Below, piece by piece: positions 39,471 through 51,930 of a DNA stretch of 64,000 nucleotides; the stretch's first letter is position 1, and every line of letters begins with the position of its first letter. The notes below the pieces were generated by a model. That model did no database searches, had not been told where the DNA came from, and saw only the letters and a program-made list of their open reading frames with translations. The stretch comes from Chiloscyllium plagiosum (lineage: Eukaryota). The translations under genes and the position numbers were made by a program. Location: the NCBI RefSeq assembly GCF_004010195.1, contig NC_057728.1, forward strand, positions 46,893,402-46,957,401. The letters run 5' to 3'.

Positions 39471-39930
39471 AATGTAAGAATCTACTTAGAACAACTTAAT
39501 GTTCCGGACATTAAGTTAATGTTCCTGAAGAAGGGCTTATGCCCGAAACATCGATTCTCCTGTTCCCTGGATGCTGCCTGACCTGCTGCGCTCTTCCAGC
39601 AACACATTTCCAGTAATGTTCCGGACAGCCAAGTAACATGTCGCGTACTACAGTGTAGTGCATTATCCCCAACTGCTTAATGCAGAAACTCAGGTGAACA
39701 TTTTTGTCAAAAAATTCAGAAGGTTGATTTGCAGGAGACTAAGGTCTGTTTCCACACTGTAGCGATTCTATGATAAAGTAAGAATCTACTTAGAACAACT
39801 TAATGTTCCGGACAGCCAAGTAACATGTCGCATACTACAGTGTAGTGCATTATCCCCAACTGCTTAATGCAGAAACTCAGGTGAACATTTTTGTCAAAAA
39901 ATTCAGAAGGTTGATTTGCAGGAGACTAAG
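39440..39930 (+). repeat. Tandem duplication: 39440-39743 (with 103-bp PLE insert) and 39744-39930 (empty site)
   Basis: 187-bp unit with 2 substitutions; insert 39511-39613 flanked by TSD taatgttccggaca (39497-39510 and 39614-39627). Confidence 0.92.
39521..39556 (+). ncRNA. Hammerhead ribozyme motif (family A), one stem III mismatch
   Basis: CTGAAGA-A-GGGC-TTAT-GCCC-GAAAC-ATC^GATT. Confidence 0.6.
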
Positions 39931-40238
39931 TATCTAGTCAATATTGGCTGGTACCCTTTTCTCAGCAACAGTGTCTCCTCTCAGCCAAAAATACACATCA
40001 TGATTTGGTCCTGGATCTTACACGTGGATATACTATTTAATTTGTTTTTGTTAGTTTCACTTTTGTGAATGGAAAGATTGTAATCAAGCTGAGGTTGAGA
40101 ATTTCCAGTACCAGTATGAGTCAACAGTTGGAGTGGATACTTACATACTTTCTGTCCCCTCTTGAGCCATAGTACCTCTCTTACAGAGACCACAATTTCT
40201 CACTAACCTCAATTTTCAAAAGGCTAAGTCCACTAACA

Positions 40239-40456
40239 CGAAAGTACCTTCAGTGAAAAATAGCATTGATATGTTTTCCAAAACATTCATTGTTAGCGCA
40301 TCCTCGGGGTCACATTCACCTCACCATCGATTCTCCTGTTCCCTGGATGCTGCCTGACCTGCTGCGCGAAAGTACCTTCAGTGAAAAATAGCATTGATAT
40401 GTTTTCCAAAACATTCATTGTTAGCGCATCCTCGGGGTCACATTCACCTCACCATC
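40239..40456 (+). repeat. Exact 90-bp direct duplication flanking a 38-bp pLTR piece
   Basis: 40239-40328 equals 40367-40456; spacer 40329-40366 is identical to 39553-39590. Confidence 0.92.
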
Positions 40457-41264
40457 CATGAAGGCCTCAGGTGGGACAGACAGTGGAAAATTCTCCCTCA
40501 CTTCCCTTTCAAAGAGATAAGTCAATAAGTTTCTCTTCTACCCTTTGACGATACGCAGAAAAACAACCTGGATATAATGCAAAATTTAGCTGTCAGCTTC
40601 TTTCAAGGGTCTGCAGAAAACATTCAAAAGATAATTATTAATTGCTGAATTAAAATGGCTCTACAGTGTTGCTATGCAGGGTGACTAAGTCTGTACACAG
40701 TATTGAAACAGAGGTAAAGTAAGTATAACGCTAAACCTCTACGTCCTTTGTTCATGGGGTCCTCAACAAGTTAAATACGAACAAAATGATATAATAAATG
40801 ATTATAAAATAAAAATATTATAAAAAATGAATACTTAAGTTTCTTGTCATTGTGGTATATGACTCAGAATACTGTACATGATCCATGATTATAGTTTTGA
40901 GCAATACTGTACGTAGTGACTGTTATAAACTGGAAAGATGACCAGGATCCGTTTTAAAGGGCACAGGGTGAAATGGTATTGTGCCAGCCTTTTGGTGCAA
41001 ACCAGGTGCAGGAAAGGATCCCTGCATTGGAACACTTGGGTCTACGATGCACTTATTGTTAGTCCTCAATCTGCAATGAACTAGACCCAGTCAGGTGGCT
41101 GCCAAAGAAGATTTACTTGTCAAGCCATTGAGCTGTCATCTGTGGCCTTCTATGGTCATCTTTAAGAAATGTTCAGTAGGCCACATGTAAATTTGTTTTA
41201 CCTGAGCACTGTACGTTGTCATTGTCTCTGTTCAATGCAGTTGATTCAAAAGCCTGCTAGGAAG

Positions 41265-41720
41265 TATATAATTAAATTGGCGAAGATTCAGAAAACATTT
41301 ACAAGGATGTTGCCGGGTAATGGAGGGTTTGAGTTATGAGGTTGGGATAGGCCAGGACTTTTAACACTGGAGCATATGAGGTTGAGGGGTGACCTTATTA
41401 GAGGTTTATAAAATCTTGAGGGGCATAGCAAAGGTTTTTTTTTTCCCCTAGGTTAGTGGAATTATAAAACTAGAGGTCATAGATTTAAGGTGAGGGAGAA
41501 AGATTTAAAAAGGACCTGAAGGGCATCTTTTTTCTCACAGTGGGAGGGTTCATATGTGGAATGAACAGCTAGAGGAAGTCGATGCAGGTACAGTTACAGC
41601 ATTTAAAAGACATTTGGAGGGGTACACGAATAGGAAAAGTTTAAAAGGATATGGGCCAAAACGAGCAACATGTACTGATGCGTCTCTTTCCATGCTGTAT
41701 GACTCTATGACTCTATGACT
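41265..41720 (+). mobile_element. CR1/HER1-like LINE 3' fragment
   Basis: FTRMLP, LRGDL motifs; (ctctatga)n tail. Confidence 0.85.
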
Positions 41721-43479
41721 ATACTACACTATAAGTATATTAAGAAGTTACACCCATCATTTGAATTTTTAAATTGTCCAGTGCATTTTTCTGGTCAGGA
41801 ATCTGGACATCCATTGTGCTTGCTCATTTGGGATGCTTAAGGCTACGCAGGTAATGTTAAACCTGGAAATCAGACATGAATCAACTAACTTCTCGGTCTA
41901 TCTGCCATAAATCATTATTGCAAAAAGCTACAATGAAAATGGAAATTTATCATTAAAACCTAGAACAATACAGTTAGGAAAATAGTAATTTAGCCCATTA
42001 TGCCTTGTAGATGATGGTCAGGTTCTACGGAGTCTGATAGTGAGTTACTCTCTGCAATATTCCATTTCTAATTCATAATTAATTCTATTCCTGTTCTTTT
42101 ACCTAGCCCCAAAATTCTTTTCTTTTCACATTTTTATCAAATTCTCTTCTGAAATTAACTATTGAATCTGCTTTCACACTATTTTCAACCAGTGCATTCC
42201 AGACCACTACTCACTGTGTAACAAAGTTTTGCTATTGGTTATTTCTGTTAAATCTGTTTCTTTTGGTTTCAAGACCTTCTTTCATTGAAACCACGGTCTT
42301 CTTACTTTACAAAAACCATTCTTGATTTTGAACATCTCTGTTGAAGTTCTTCTTAATCTTCTAAGGGACAGCAGATGACCTTTTCCAACCTCTCCACATA
42401 ACTGAAAGTTCCTCATCCCTGTTACCATTCCCGGGAATGCTTTCAACACCCTCTGCAAGGCCTCTGCAGTACATTCTATATTGTAGCAGCTCCATCTTTT
42501 GGGTGTTGCAAATAAAGCAGGCATTCAAAATAAAATTTGTTTATATTTTATCTGACGTTTGACTTGGGGGCAGATACAATCACAGAGCTTCTTCACACGT
42601 GTAGTTTCATAAGTACATTGTATATTGTAGTATTGTATAAAATATCATTGAATATAAGCTATTTCTGAATCTTATTCAACAAATGGTGTGGAATAAGGCC
42701 AAAATTATGTGTGGTGATGGGATGGGATAAAGTCAAAGTTTTGCTGAGTACCTGGGTGCTTCATGGTGGATTAAGAGCCAGTGACCCATTACTTAAGGGA
42801 AAATCTAAATTTTGTGTAGATTGTTCACCAGGATGGTTATGACTAAGAACCTATCCACCTCTGTGGTATGCATGACAGAAGCTTAAGAAAAATTAGTTAA
42901 AACCAAGAAGAAACTTAATATCTTTCAGTGGCATGTAGGAATGGGACTGGGTTAATGATTGTTAATGATTGTTAGTAATTAAACAGACCAAAATCAATAA
43001 CAACATCTTGCATTTATATAATGTCTTCAATTTAGTAAATCGGCCACTGAAATACTACACTGAGCCGCATAAAATATTAGATCAGGTGATTAATTTGGTC
43101 AAGAAGGTAGATTTTAAGAAGAGCAATTAGGAAGGAAAGAGATGTAGAGAGGTAGAGATGTGTATGGGGGGCATTCCAGAGTGTGGGGCCTTGGCAACTG
43201 AAGGTAAGGCCACCAATGTGAAGTGATTAAAATCAGAGATACACAAGACACAAGAATTAATTAAATGTAGAGATCTTAGCTGGCTACAAGAAGCAAACGG
43301 AGGCCAGAACAGGGAAAGGTTTGAAAACAAGAGACGGGAATTTGAACATTAAAAAATAGGAGCAAGACTAGGCCATTTTGCCCTTGGAGCTTGTTCCACA
43401 ATTAAAGTAAGATGTTGCTTGCACAAAAATCAGTGTAGTTCAGTGAATACAGGGGCGATGAATAGTTTTTTTTAAAATT

Positions 43480-44570
43480 TCACTCATGGATATGGGCTTC
43501 ACTGGCTGGGTGAGGAATTATCCCCCATGCCTAACTACCCTTCAGAAGGCATGGTGAGCTGTTTTTTTGAACTGCTACAGTCCATGTGCTGTAGGTAAAC
43601 CCATAAAGCTGTTAGGGAGGGTATTCTACGATTTTGTCCCAGTGATACTGACAGAGCAGTGAAATATTTCCAAGTCAGTATGGCTTGGAGGGGAATTTAA
43701 AGCTGGTGGTTTTCCCATGAATCTGCTGCCCTATCCGTCTAGATGAAGTGGAAATAGGCTTGGAAAGTGCTCTCCATGGATCCTTGGTGAATTTCTGCAG
43801 TGCATTTTGTAGATAGTACATTCTGCTGTTACTGAGAATTGGTGGTGGAGGGAGTGGATGTTTGTGGATTAAGTGCCAATCAAGTGAATGTTTTTATGGT
43901 GTCAAGTTTCTTGAGTATTGTTGGAGCTGCACCCATTTAAGCAAGAGGGGACTATCCCATCACACTCCTGACTGTGCCTTGTAAATGATGGTCAGGCTCT
44001 GGGAATCTCATAGTGAGCTACTGGTTGTAGTATTCTAAGCCTCTGGCTTGCTCTTGTTGTTATTCTATTTATCTGGCTAGTCCAGTTCATTTTCTGATCA
44101 ATGGTAACTTCCAGGATATTGCTGGTGGGACTTCCATGATGGTATTGCCATTGAATGTCAAAGGGCGATGGTTAGATTCTCTATTATTGGATATGGTCAT
44201 TGCCTGGCATTTGTGTGGCACGAATATTACGTGCCACTTTTAAGCCCAAGTCTGGGTAGTGGCCATACCTTGCTACATTTGGACAAACACTGCTTCTGTA
44301 TCAGAGGAGCCATAAATGGTACTGAATACTGTGAAATTATTAGCAAACATCCCCAGTTCTGACCTATTAATGGAGGGAAGGTCATTAATGAAGCAGTTGA
44401 GGATGATTGGATCTCGACACTATTCTGAGGAACTACAGCTGCAGATATGTCCTGAAGCTATGATGACTGGCCTCCAACAACCACAACCAATTTCATATAA
44501 CTGCAATCAACAGAGAGCTTTCCCCCTCATTCCCATTGACTCCAGTTTTACTAGAGCTACTTGATGCTAC
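43480..44570 (-). mobile_element. LINE 3' fragment (same family as 26040-26475)
   Basis: gtcaagtttcttgagtattgttggagctgcacccat...cactcctgactgtgccttgta is the reverse complement of 26095-26180. Confidence 0.75.
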
Positions 44571-45029
44571 ACTTGATATCAAGGGCTGTTACTCTGATTT
44601 AGTAAGTTTGGGCACTGGTGGTGGAGTTTTGGATGACCTCAAGTTTATGGATGGCAGAATGTGGGAGGCCAGCCAGCAGCACATTAGCTTAATCAATCTG
44701 GAAGTAACAAAAGCAAGAATGAGAGTTTCAGCAGCATAAGAGCTCAGCCAAGAGCAGAGTTTTGTGAATAACTTCAAAATCTTACAATTGTGGTTATATA
44801 AAATGTGAATTTAACATTCCAAATAGCAACAACATCAGCATTGCCACACCTTGGGTGATAAATTCAGGTAAGTGACAGTATGGATGACACCATTAATGCC
44901 AATGTATGGCTAATGCAGAGTGCTCAGGACCAAAACCAATGAAAGCCAAAATCCTCAATCTTTGATCAGTAACTATAGTATTAAAGCACTTGCAACCACT
45001 AATCTGTGTAAGTTACACAGTAGCTTCAG

Positions 45030-45538
45030 ACCAAAGAAATAGAAGTAAGCCTTTCATTCCCTCGCACCTGTTCCCCATTCTCGATCAGAGCTGACTTCAA
45101 AACTATATTCTTGCATTTTCCCATATCCCTTGATGCCATTACTAACCAGAAATCCATCAATTTCCATCTTGAACTTACTTATTGACTGAGCTTTCACAGT
45201 TCTCTGGAATAAAGAATTCCAAAAATTCACCACCCTCTGTGTGAAGAAGTTCCTCCCTATCTCAGTCCTAAATGGCTTGCTTTGTATTCAAAGGGAGTGT
45301 CCCTGGGTTTATAGACCTCACAGCCTGGGGAAATATCTTTTCTGCATCTAGTCCATTCCTTTTCTGAGGTTTCCTGTCATTCTTCTAAACTCCAGAGACT
45401 TCAGGTCCTGTGTCCTTAATCTCTCCTGATAAGATAGTTCCACCATTGCAGAAATGATGAATCTCTGCTAACTGCCTACTTGACAAGTATACCCTTCCTC
45501 GGACTAGAGGACCAGAACTGTGTACAATATTCCAAGTA
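45030..45538 (-). mobile_element. CR1-type LINE 3' fragment (target of the PLE insertion)
   Basis: ccagaactgtgtacaatattccaagt (LE.CTQFW-like on the minus strand), continues after 46263. Confidence 0.7.
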
Positions 45539-45634
45539 GGTAAAAATGAGGACTGCAGATGCTGGAAACCCGAGTCTGGATTAGAGTGGTGCTGGAAAAG
45601 CACAGCAGGTCAGGCAGCATCCAAGGAGCAGGAA

Positions 45635-45670
45635 AATCGACGTTTCAGGCAAAAGCCCTTCATCAGAAAT
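45635..45670 (-). ncRNA. Hammerhead ribozyme motif (family A)
   Basis: Minus strand ATTT-CTGATGA-A-GGGC-TTTT-GCCT-GAAAC-GTC^GATT; the mirror copy at 46158-46185(+) has C3>T. Confidence 0.65.
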
Positions 45671-45678
45671 AGAGGCAG

Positions 45679-46020
45679 NNNNNNNNNNNNNNNNNNNNNN
45701 NNNNNNNNNNNNNNNNNNNNNNNNNNNNNNNNNNNNNNNNNNNNNNNNNNNNNNNNNNNNNNNNNNNNNNNNNNNNNNNNNNNNNNNNNNNNNNNNNNNN
45801 NNNNNNNNNNNNNNNNNNNNNNNNNNNNNNNNNNNNNNNNNNNNNNNNNNNNNNNNNNNNNNNNNNNNNNNNNNNNNNNNNNNNNNNNNNNNNNNNNNNN
45901 NNNNNNNNNNNNNNNNNNNNNNNNNNNNNNNNNNNNNNNNNNNNNNNNNNNNNNNNNNNNNNNNNNNNNNNNNNNNNNNNNNNNNNNNNNNNNNNNNNNN
46001 NNNNNNNNNNNNNNNNNNNN
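45679..46020. other. Assembly gap (342 N)
   Basis: Run of N between inverted pLTRs. Confidence 1.
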
Positions 46021-48225
46021 ACCTTTCCCCACCCTCCTCTCTGACCTATCACCTCCATCCCCACCCCCATTCACCTATTGTAGTCTATGCTACTTTCTCC
46101 CCACCCCCACCCACCTCTCAGTTATCTCTCCACACTGCAGGCTCCCTGCTTCTATTCTTGATGAAGGGCTTTTGCCTGAAACGTCGATTTTCCTGCTCCT
46201 TGGATGCTGCCTGACCTGCTGTGCTTTTCCAGCACCACTCTAATCCAGACAATATTCCAAGTACAGTGCTCACTACTGAACTGTGTGCTGTACCTGCATT
46301 CTAGCTTTCAGTGATTTCTGAACAAAACACATGGTAATTTGAGAGTAGTCATTCACTGTTTTCCCAAGGTTAGCTCAAGAATATCAACAAGTTTGGAGCA
46401 TACATGAAAAATTATCATTGAATACAAAATTATTTTGAAATACCTGAGAGAAATACCTACTGTTGATACTTTCTTCCCTGCATAAAAGTCAATATATTTT
46501 GTGGAGTACTGTGACTACCTGAAAATGCGATTGTTAGAGGTGATGCTTGATTTTTCGTAAATTAGACACAACGGCAGGCCCAAAGCCTGTTCCACCATTC
46601 AATTAAATGCTTAGATCATGGCCACCAATGCCTTAACTCTAATCATCTGTATTCATTCCAAATTCATTAATAACCTTGCCAAACAAAAATGACTCATGTA
46701 TTTCAACAAGAATCCCTTATAAATCTCTTGTAAATTAAACAATCCTTATTAATGAATAAAAGTTGATGACATAATATTGGCAGGAGAAATTGTTGATATT
46801 TTACATTAGTTAAACTGAACTGGGTAAAAATGAGTCCTTGATTAACCTCTTACACTGAAATTAGGAAGAATTTAATCCAAACATTTCAATACTTTCTTCA
46901 GGAATTAGTATCCCATGAAGGACCTCCTATCCTCCAAGAGCTTCCAGCCAATCAGGAGCTAGCAGATCTCCATTACCAACAGCTGCTGCTGCTGCTAATG
47001 CCCCTCCCAGAGGCCAAAGGTCACTGAAGGACTCAGGCCATGAGTTATTGAGGATGGGATGCAAGTTATATGAAGGTGCCCTTGAACATGAAATGCACAG
47101 GGGTTGGTGGGAGTCAGAGGGCAGAGGACTGGCGCTCAGCTGGCTCAACTGCTACCCTTTTCCCAATATTGGGTCCCTTAACTAGACACTGAGTGCCTTT
47201 GAACAAGGTTCCCAAAACCCAATCCCACTGCACTCTGACTCCCACACTCCAGGTGCGCAGAAGCAAACTTGGCAGGATTTCCTGTGTGACAACTCCCCTA
47301 ACTACCTGCATCTGGTTAAATACAAGTGGCACTGAGATGAAGCCCTTAATTGGGCATTAATTGCACAGAGGTGGGAAAGCTCCTCTGTTGGATATACTTC
47401 TTCGAGCTAAAAGGATCAAAGAGGTGGGGACAGTGTACTGAGTTGGATGAACAGCCACGATCATGCTAAATGATGGAGCAGCTCAAAGGGCTAAATGGCA
47501 TACTCCAATTCCTATTTTCTTTGTTTCTATGTTTAAGGCAGCAGGATCCCCATCCCAGTCCCTCCCCCTTATTAAATGCACCAACTCCAAACCTGCTACT
47601 AGGGAGAGTATTAAATTCTGCCCATCAGCTCACCCTCTGCCATTGCAGGTTTTCAGAGGTCGTCCTCAACTTCACGTATAGTATACATGAGCAGTCTTCA
47701 TTAACACTAAGTACAATCTAAAAACTGGTTACAACATGCTTCTGATAATATTTTTGTGATAGAGGGTCTAATTAAATTCAGGAAATATTTCTGTGTTCAA
47801 GGGAGTAAGATTGACAATCTCATATCTCCACATTTGCACAGTAAAGAATACAATAAAAATTACTGATCGCTTAATTGAGATGCCATTGCTTTAGTCTCAC
47901 ACTTTCTACTGAAAGCAATTAAAGCTGCACAAAAACCTATTATCCTTCCACATTCAACTCTCAGTAAAATTAAAATGTGAGCCTCAATCAAGATGTAGTT
48001 ACTGCACAATTGTCTTAAATTATCATTGACCAATGCATATTTTTTACACTTGATATTCAAGTGTATTTTTTAAAAACTATGGAAGATTTTTACAGTTCAA
48101 AAGTATCATGAAGTTTGCCTTTATGTCCAGAAAAATAACCATCTTTGTTAAACTGTAACCAGAAAAAGATACAGTGCACATGAAAATGGGAGTTATTGTT
48201 TTAATCCAGATGGAAATTGTGTTTG

Positions 48226-48633
48226 GAGAAAGTGGGGACTGCAGCTGCTAGAGATCAGAGTCGAGAATGTAATCCTGGAAAAGCACAGCAGGTAAGGCAG
48301 CACCCCAGGAGCAGGCGATTGTTTTTTTTTTGGATGGGAGATGCCCAGAGGTGATGAGGTTGTGGATGGTCTGGGAGATGATGGTTTGGTGATGGGAGGT
48401 GAGGACATGATCAAGGGGACAGTAAGAGGAGGTGTCTGCGAGTTGGTGCCTGGCTTCAGTGGTATAGAGATCAGTGCGCCACACTGCTACTGCACCTTCC
48501 TTGTCTGCAGGTTTGATGGTGAGGTTGGGGTTGGAGCAGAAGGAGTGGAGGGCTATGCGCTGTGAGGGCAGGAGGTTGGAGTGGGTGAGAGGGGTGGACA
48601 GATTGAGGCAGTCGATGTCACAGCGGGTAATTG
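48226..48633 (-). mobile_element. Rearranged Penelope-like element (pre-RT segment fused to pLTR tail)
   Basis: KPADKEGAVAVWRTDLYTTEARHQLADTSSY (PLE 'ADKG' region) joined via an A-run to the pLTR 3' part; TSD tggaaattgtgtttg at 48211-48225 and 48634-48648. Confidence 0.85.
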
Positions 48634-49171
48634 TGGAAATTGTGTTTGCATGCTGGAGCTACTGCATTGTATGAACCACATTGGATTATTTAAACTTTAG
48701 GAACCTTTTAGGTTTACTTAAGCTTTTGAGCTCAAAAGGAATTGCTGCCAATCAACATCTGATAAACACAGAAGACTGATTGGTATTAAACGCAATATAA
48801 TCCTATGTTGGAATGCAGCTGCTTTGAAGTTCTGGGATACAAGTAAAGTTTACTCAAAATTGCTATTTAGAAGGGGAGGAAAAGAATTTACTCTGCATGA
48901 TTTCATGAAAATAAATTACACAGCTATGTGTGTGTTCTGAATGTGCCATGTGTCACAGTGCAACAGTGGTACTCAATTAGCAGAGCTGCCTGCTGCAGTT
49001 ATATCTTCCCCAGTACTCTCAGATAAATATTTCAAAAGACCTCGACTTTCCACAACAAAAGGAAAAAGAGATGAATTATAAGATTGAACTGGTTTTGTCA
49101 GAGTTCTCATAGAATCCTCAGTTATGGTTTTAAGATACCACTTGTGGTGATGCTAAACTGCATGGATTTGT

Positions 49172-49388
49172 CGTGTCACCATAGTCTTACCAGACCATAG
49201 GGGCTGCACTGTCATCAGAGAGAAGCAACTGGTGGTGATTTAACCTGAGGCCACCATACCTCAGGTGAGGGAAGCGGTTGAGAAGGAGAGTCCTTCGTGA
49301 TAATCTCAACCTGGTGATGGGAACTGAACCCATGCTGTTAGCACCACACTACACTATAAACCAGCAATCCAGCCAACTGACCTAAATC
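49172..49388 (-). mobile_element. tRNA-derived SINE (family also at 12110-12300 and 31350-31437)
   Basis: Minus strand tcagttggctggattgctgg...gggttcagttccc head; ctcaggttaaatcaccaccag core. Confidence 0.7.
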
Positions 49389-49994
49389 AATGCCCACTGC
49401 ATAGATTAGAAAGGAGCATTGAACAAAGACTCTAGAAAAAAATAAATTATTCACTGTATATCTATTTAGACCTCACCTACAAATTCATATGTTATGAGAA
49501 AATATTATCATCATCAAACAACTTGGCCTGAGCTTGTAACTAAATAACAAATAAACTAAATGAATTTCCTCATAATATTTTTCAATTTTGTTTTACACTT
49601 TATTTTTGTGATTTCTAAAATTTTGTTTACATTTCAAAATTTACCTATGTTGTAAAAACAGAAATTACTGGAGAAATTCAGCAAGTCTGGCAGCATCTGT
49701 GGAGAGAGAAACAGAGTTAATGTTACAAATCCAATATGACTCTTTTTTTGTATCCTTGATCATTCATCCATGAAGTTTGTTATTTGTACATAATTTCATC
49801 CATAATGATTGCCTTTACAGTTTTATCTTAGAGGCATTTTGTGGAACTTTAGATAAAACAATGAGCAATATATCAAACTCATGTTTGATCTTTTCTAGTA
49901 AAACTTAATCTAAAAGAAATTTAACCTTAAATTGAAATAAATTAACATTGTACTCAGATGGTGCATAGGGTTTGGTGGAGGGAGGTTAATTCTC

Positions 49995-50765
49995 ACAAAG
50001 TGAGGGCTGCAGATGCTGGCAGCCAGAGTCGAAGAGTGTGATGCTGGAAAAGCATAGCAGGTCAGGCAGCATCCGAGGAGCAGGAGGATCGACGTTTCGA
50101 GCATAAGCTCTTCATTAGGAATGAGGCTTGTGGGCCAAGGGAAATCCACATTGATGCCATGTGGTTGGAGGGTCCCAAGGCGGAAGATGAGGCGTTCTTC
50201 CTCCTGGCATCGGGTGGTAAGGGTTTGGTGATGGAGGAGGCCCAGGACATGCATGTCCTTGGGGGAGTGGGAGGGGGAGTTAAAGTGTTCAGCCACAGGG
50301 CGGTGGGGATGTTTTGTGCGTGGTTCCCGGAGATATTTCTGAAGCATTCCGCAAGTAGGCATCTAGTCTCCCCAGTGTAGAGGAGACCATATCAGGAGCA
50401 GCGGATACAGGAAATGACATGTGTGGAAGTGCAGGTAAAACTCTGATGGATGTGGAAGGCTTCTTTGGGGTCTTGGACAGAGGCAAGGAGGTAAGTGTGG
50501 GCACAAGTTTTGCAATTCTTGTGGCAGCAGGGGGAAGGTGCCAGGAGGAGAGGGTGGGTTGGTGGGAGGCGTGAACCTGACAAAAGAGCCGCGGAGGGAA
50601 TGGTCTTTACGGAACACGGATAGGAGTGGGGAGGGAAATATATCCCTGGTGGTGGGGTCTGTTTGTAGGTGGTGGAACATTCATCATCCCTTTTGCTTGA
50701 AACGTCGATTCTCCTGCTCCTCGGATGCTGCCTGATCTGCTGTGCTTTTCCAGCACTACACTCTC
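49995..50765 (-). mobile_element. Penelope-like element 3' part (Cys-rich linker plus GIY-YIG) with an inverted partial pLTR at its 5' end
   Basis: CCHKNCKTCAH...FTCTSTHVISCIRC..GLLYTGET...VAEHFNSPSHS...LIFRLGTLQPHGINVDF; pLTRs at 49995-50130(-) and 50688-50765(+). Confidence 0.92.
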
Positions 50766-51469
50766 AGATATACCAGTTTGATTTTCCCTTATTAACCAGG
50801 ATTCAACAATTCTGTGCAAATTACTAAACTTTAGGAATGCTATCAAAATCAGAGGACCAATTAACGGCTTTAAAACACAGGGTCAGTTGGACAAAATATC
50901 TACATTCAACAGCAACAGTTAATAATTTGTGCTCTAAAATTAGTTGCACTTCTAGCCTAATTCTTTCTGCACAATTGCAAGACTGAAGTCTTCCAGCAAG
51001 GTTAAAAAGTCACCTGTTATGTCCTGGCCACAAAAAAAAACAGGAAGAATCTAATCTGACAAATTTCTGCCCCATTCGGCTCATCTCAATAACCAGCTTG
51101 GAAGATAGTATTACCCAGCACCACACGTTCAGCTTTGGTCCTGTCAAATGCACTCACCTCCAGACGTCTTCACAGCCTAGGGAAAAGAGGTGAGTTCAGA
51201 GGTGAGGTAAGAAAGACTGCTCTTGATACCATGGTTATAATTAACCAAGGGAGGCGTTGAGGAGCCCTAGTGAATAACCTATCATCAACATCCTGTGCGA
51301 CACTATTGACCAGTAGCCCAACCAGACAATCTGCAAGATCAGTTCAGGAGCATGGTATACATTGATCCATTTCTTGACTCCTAATGCTTTTCCAGTGTCA
51401 ACAATGTACAAGTCAAGAGATGGAATATTCTTCACTTGACTGGATGAATGCAATTCCAAAAATGCTCCC

Positions 51470-51930
51470 ACTATGTACTGTAGCAATATTGGACACGCAG
51501 CAGTCACTTGGCAAACAACAATGCTTCCCAAAACAGCAAGGTGATTATGACCAGATAATCTGTTTTCAGCGATGGTGAAGAGATGAGAGGGATAAATCTT
51601 CTCTCTTCGACAAAAGAGTATCAGAAGTTGCTTTGTATCTACCTGAGAGGACATTCACAGGCCTGACACTCTGTGGCACCCCAGAGATAATACCTCCAGC
51701 ACTTTCAGCACTCCCTCAGAGCTGCTTTGGAGTATTTACCTAGATTTCCAAGCTCAAATCTCTGGGGTAGACAGGCAGGAGGCTGGAAGAACACAGCAAG
51801 CCAGGCAGCATTAACAGGTGGACAAGTCAACATTTTGAATATAACCCTTCTTCAGGAATGGAGGTGGGGCTAGGGGGAGTTGCAGATTGAGTGCTACTTG
51901 AACACACATCATTCTGACTCAGGGCTAGGT
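51470..51930 (-). mobile_element. Deu-domain SINE interrupted by a PLE pLTR remnant (51770-51890)
   Basis: gaccagataatctgtttt and cagcactccctcag Deu hallmarks; insert with a decayed hammerhead (minus strand ctgaagaagggttatattcaaaatgttgac). Confidence 0.65.

Larger units (their letters stand above)
45539..46248. mobile_element. Penelope-like element with inverted pLTRs (family A), centre lost in gap
   Basis: 45575-45678 is inverted to ~46146-46248; TSD acaatattccaagta at 45524-45538 and 46249-46263. Confidence 0.9.

Noticed and set aside
40136..40172. Minus-strand first exon ATGGCTCAAGAGGGGACAGAAAGTAT|gtaagt
   Set aside because: Too short to distinguish from chance; no supporting promoter or downstream exon.
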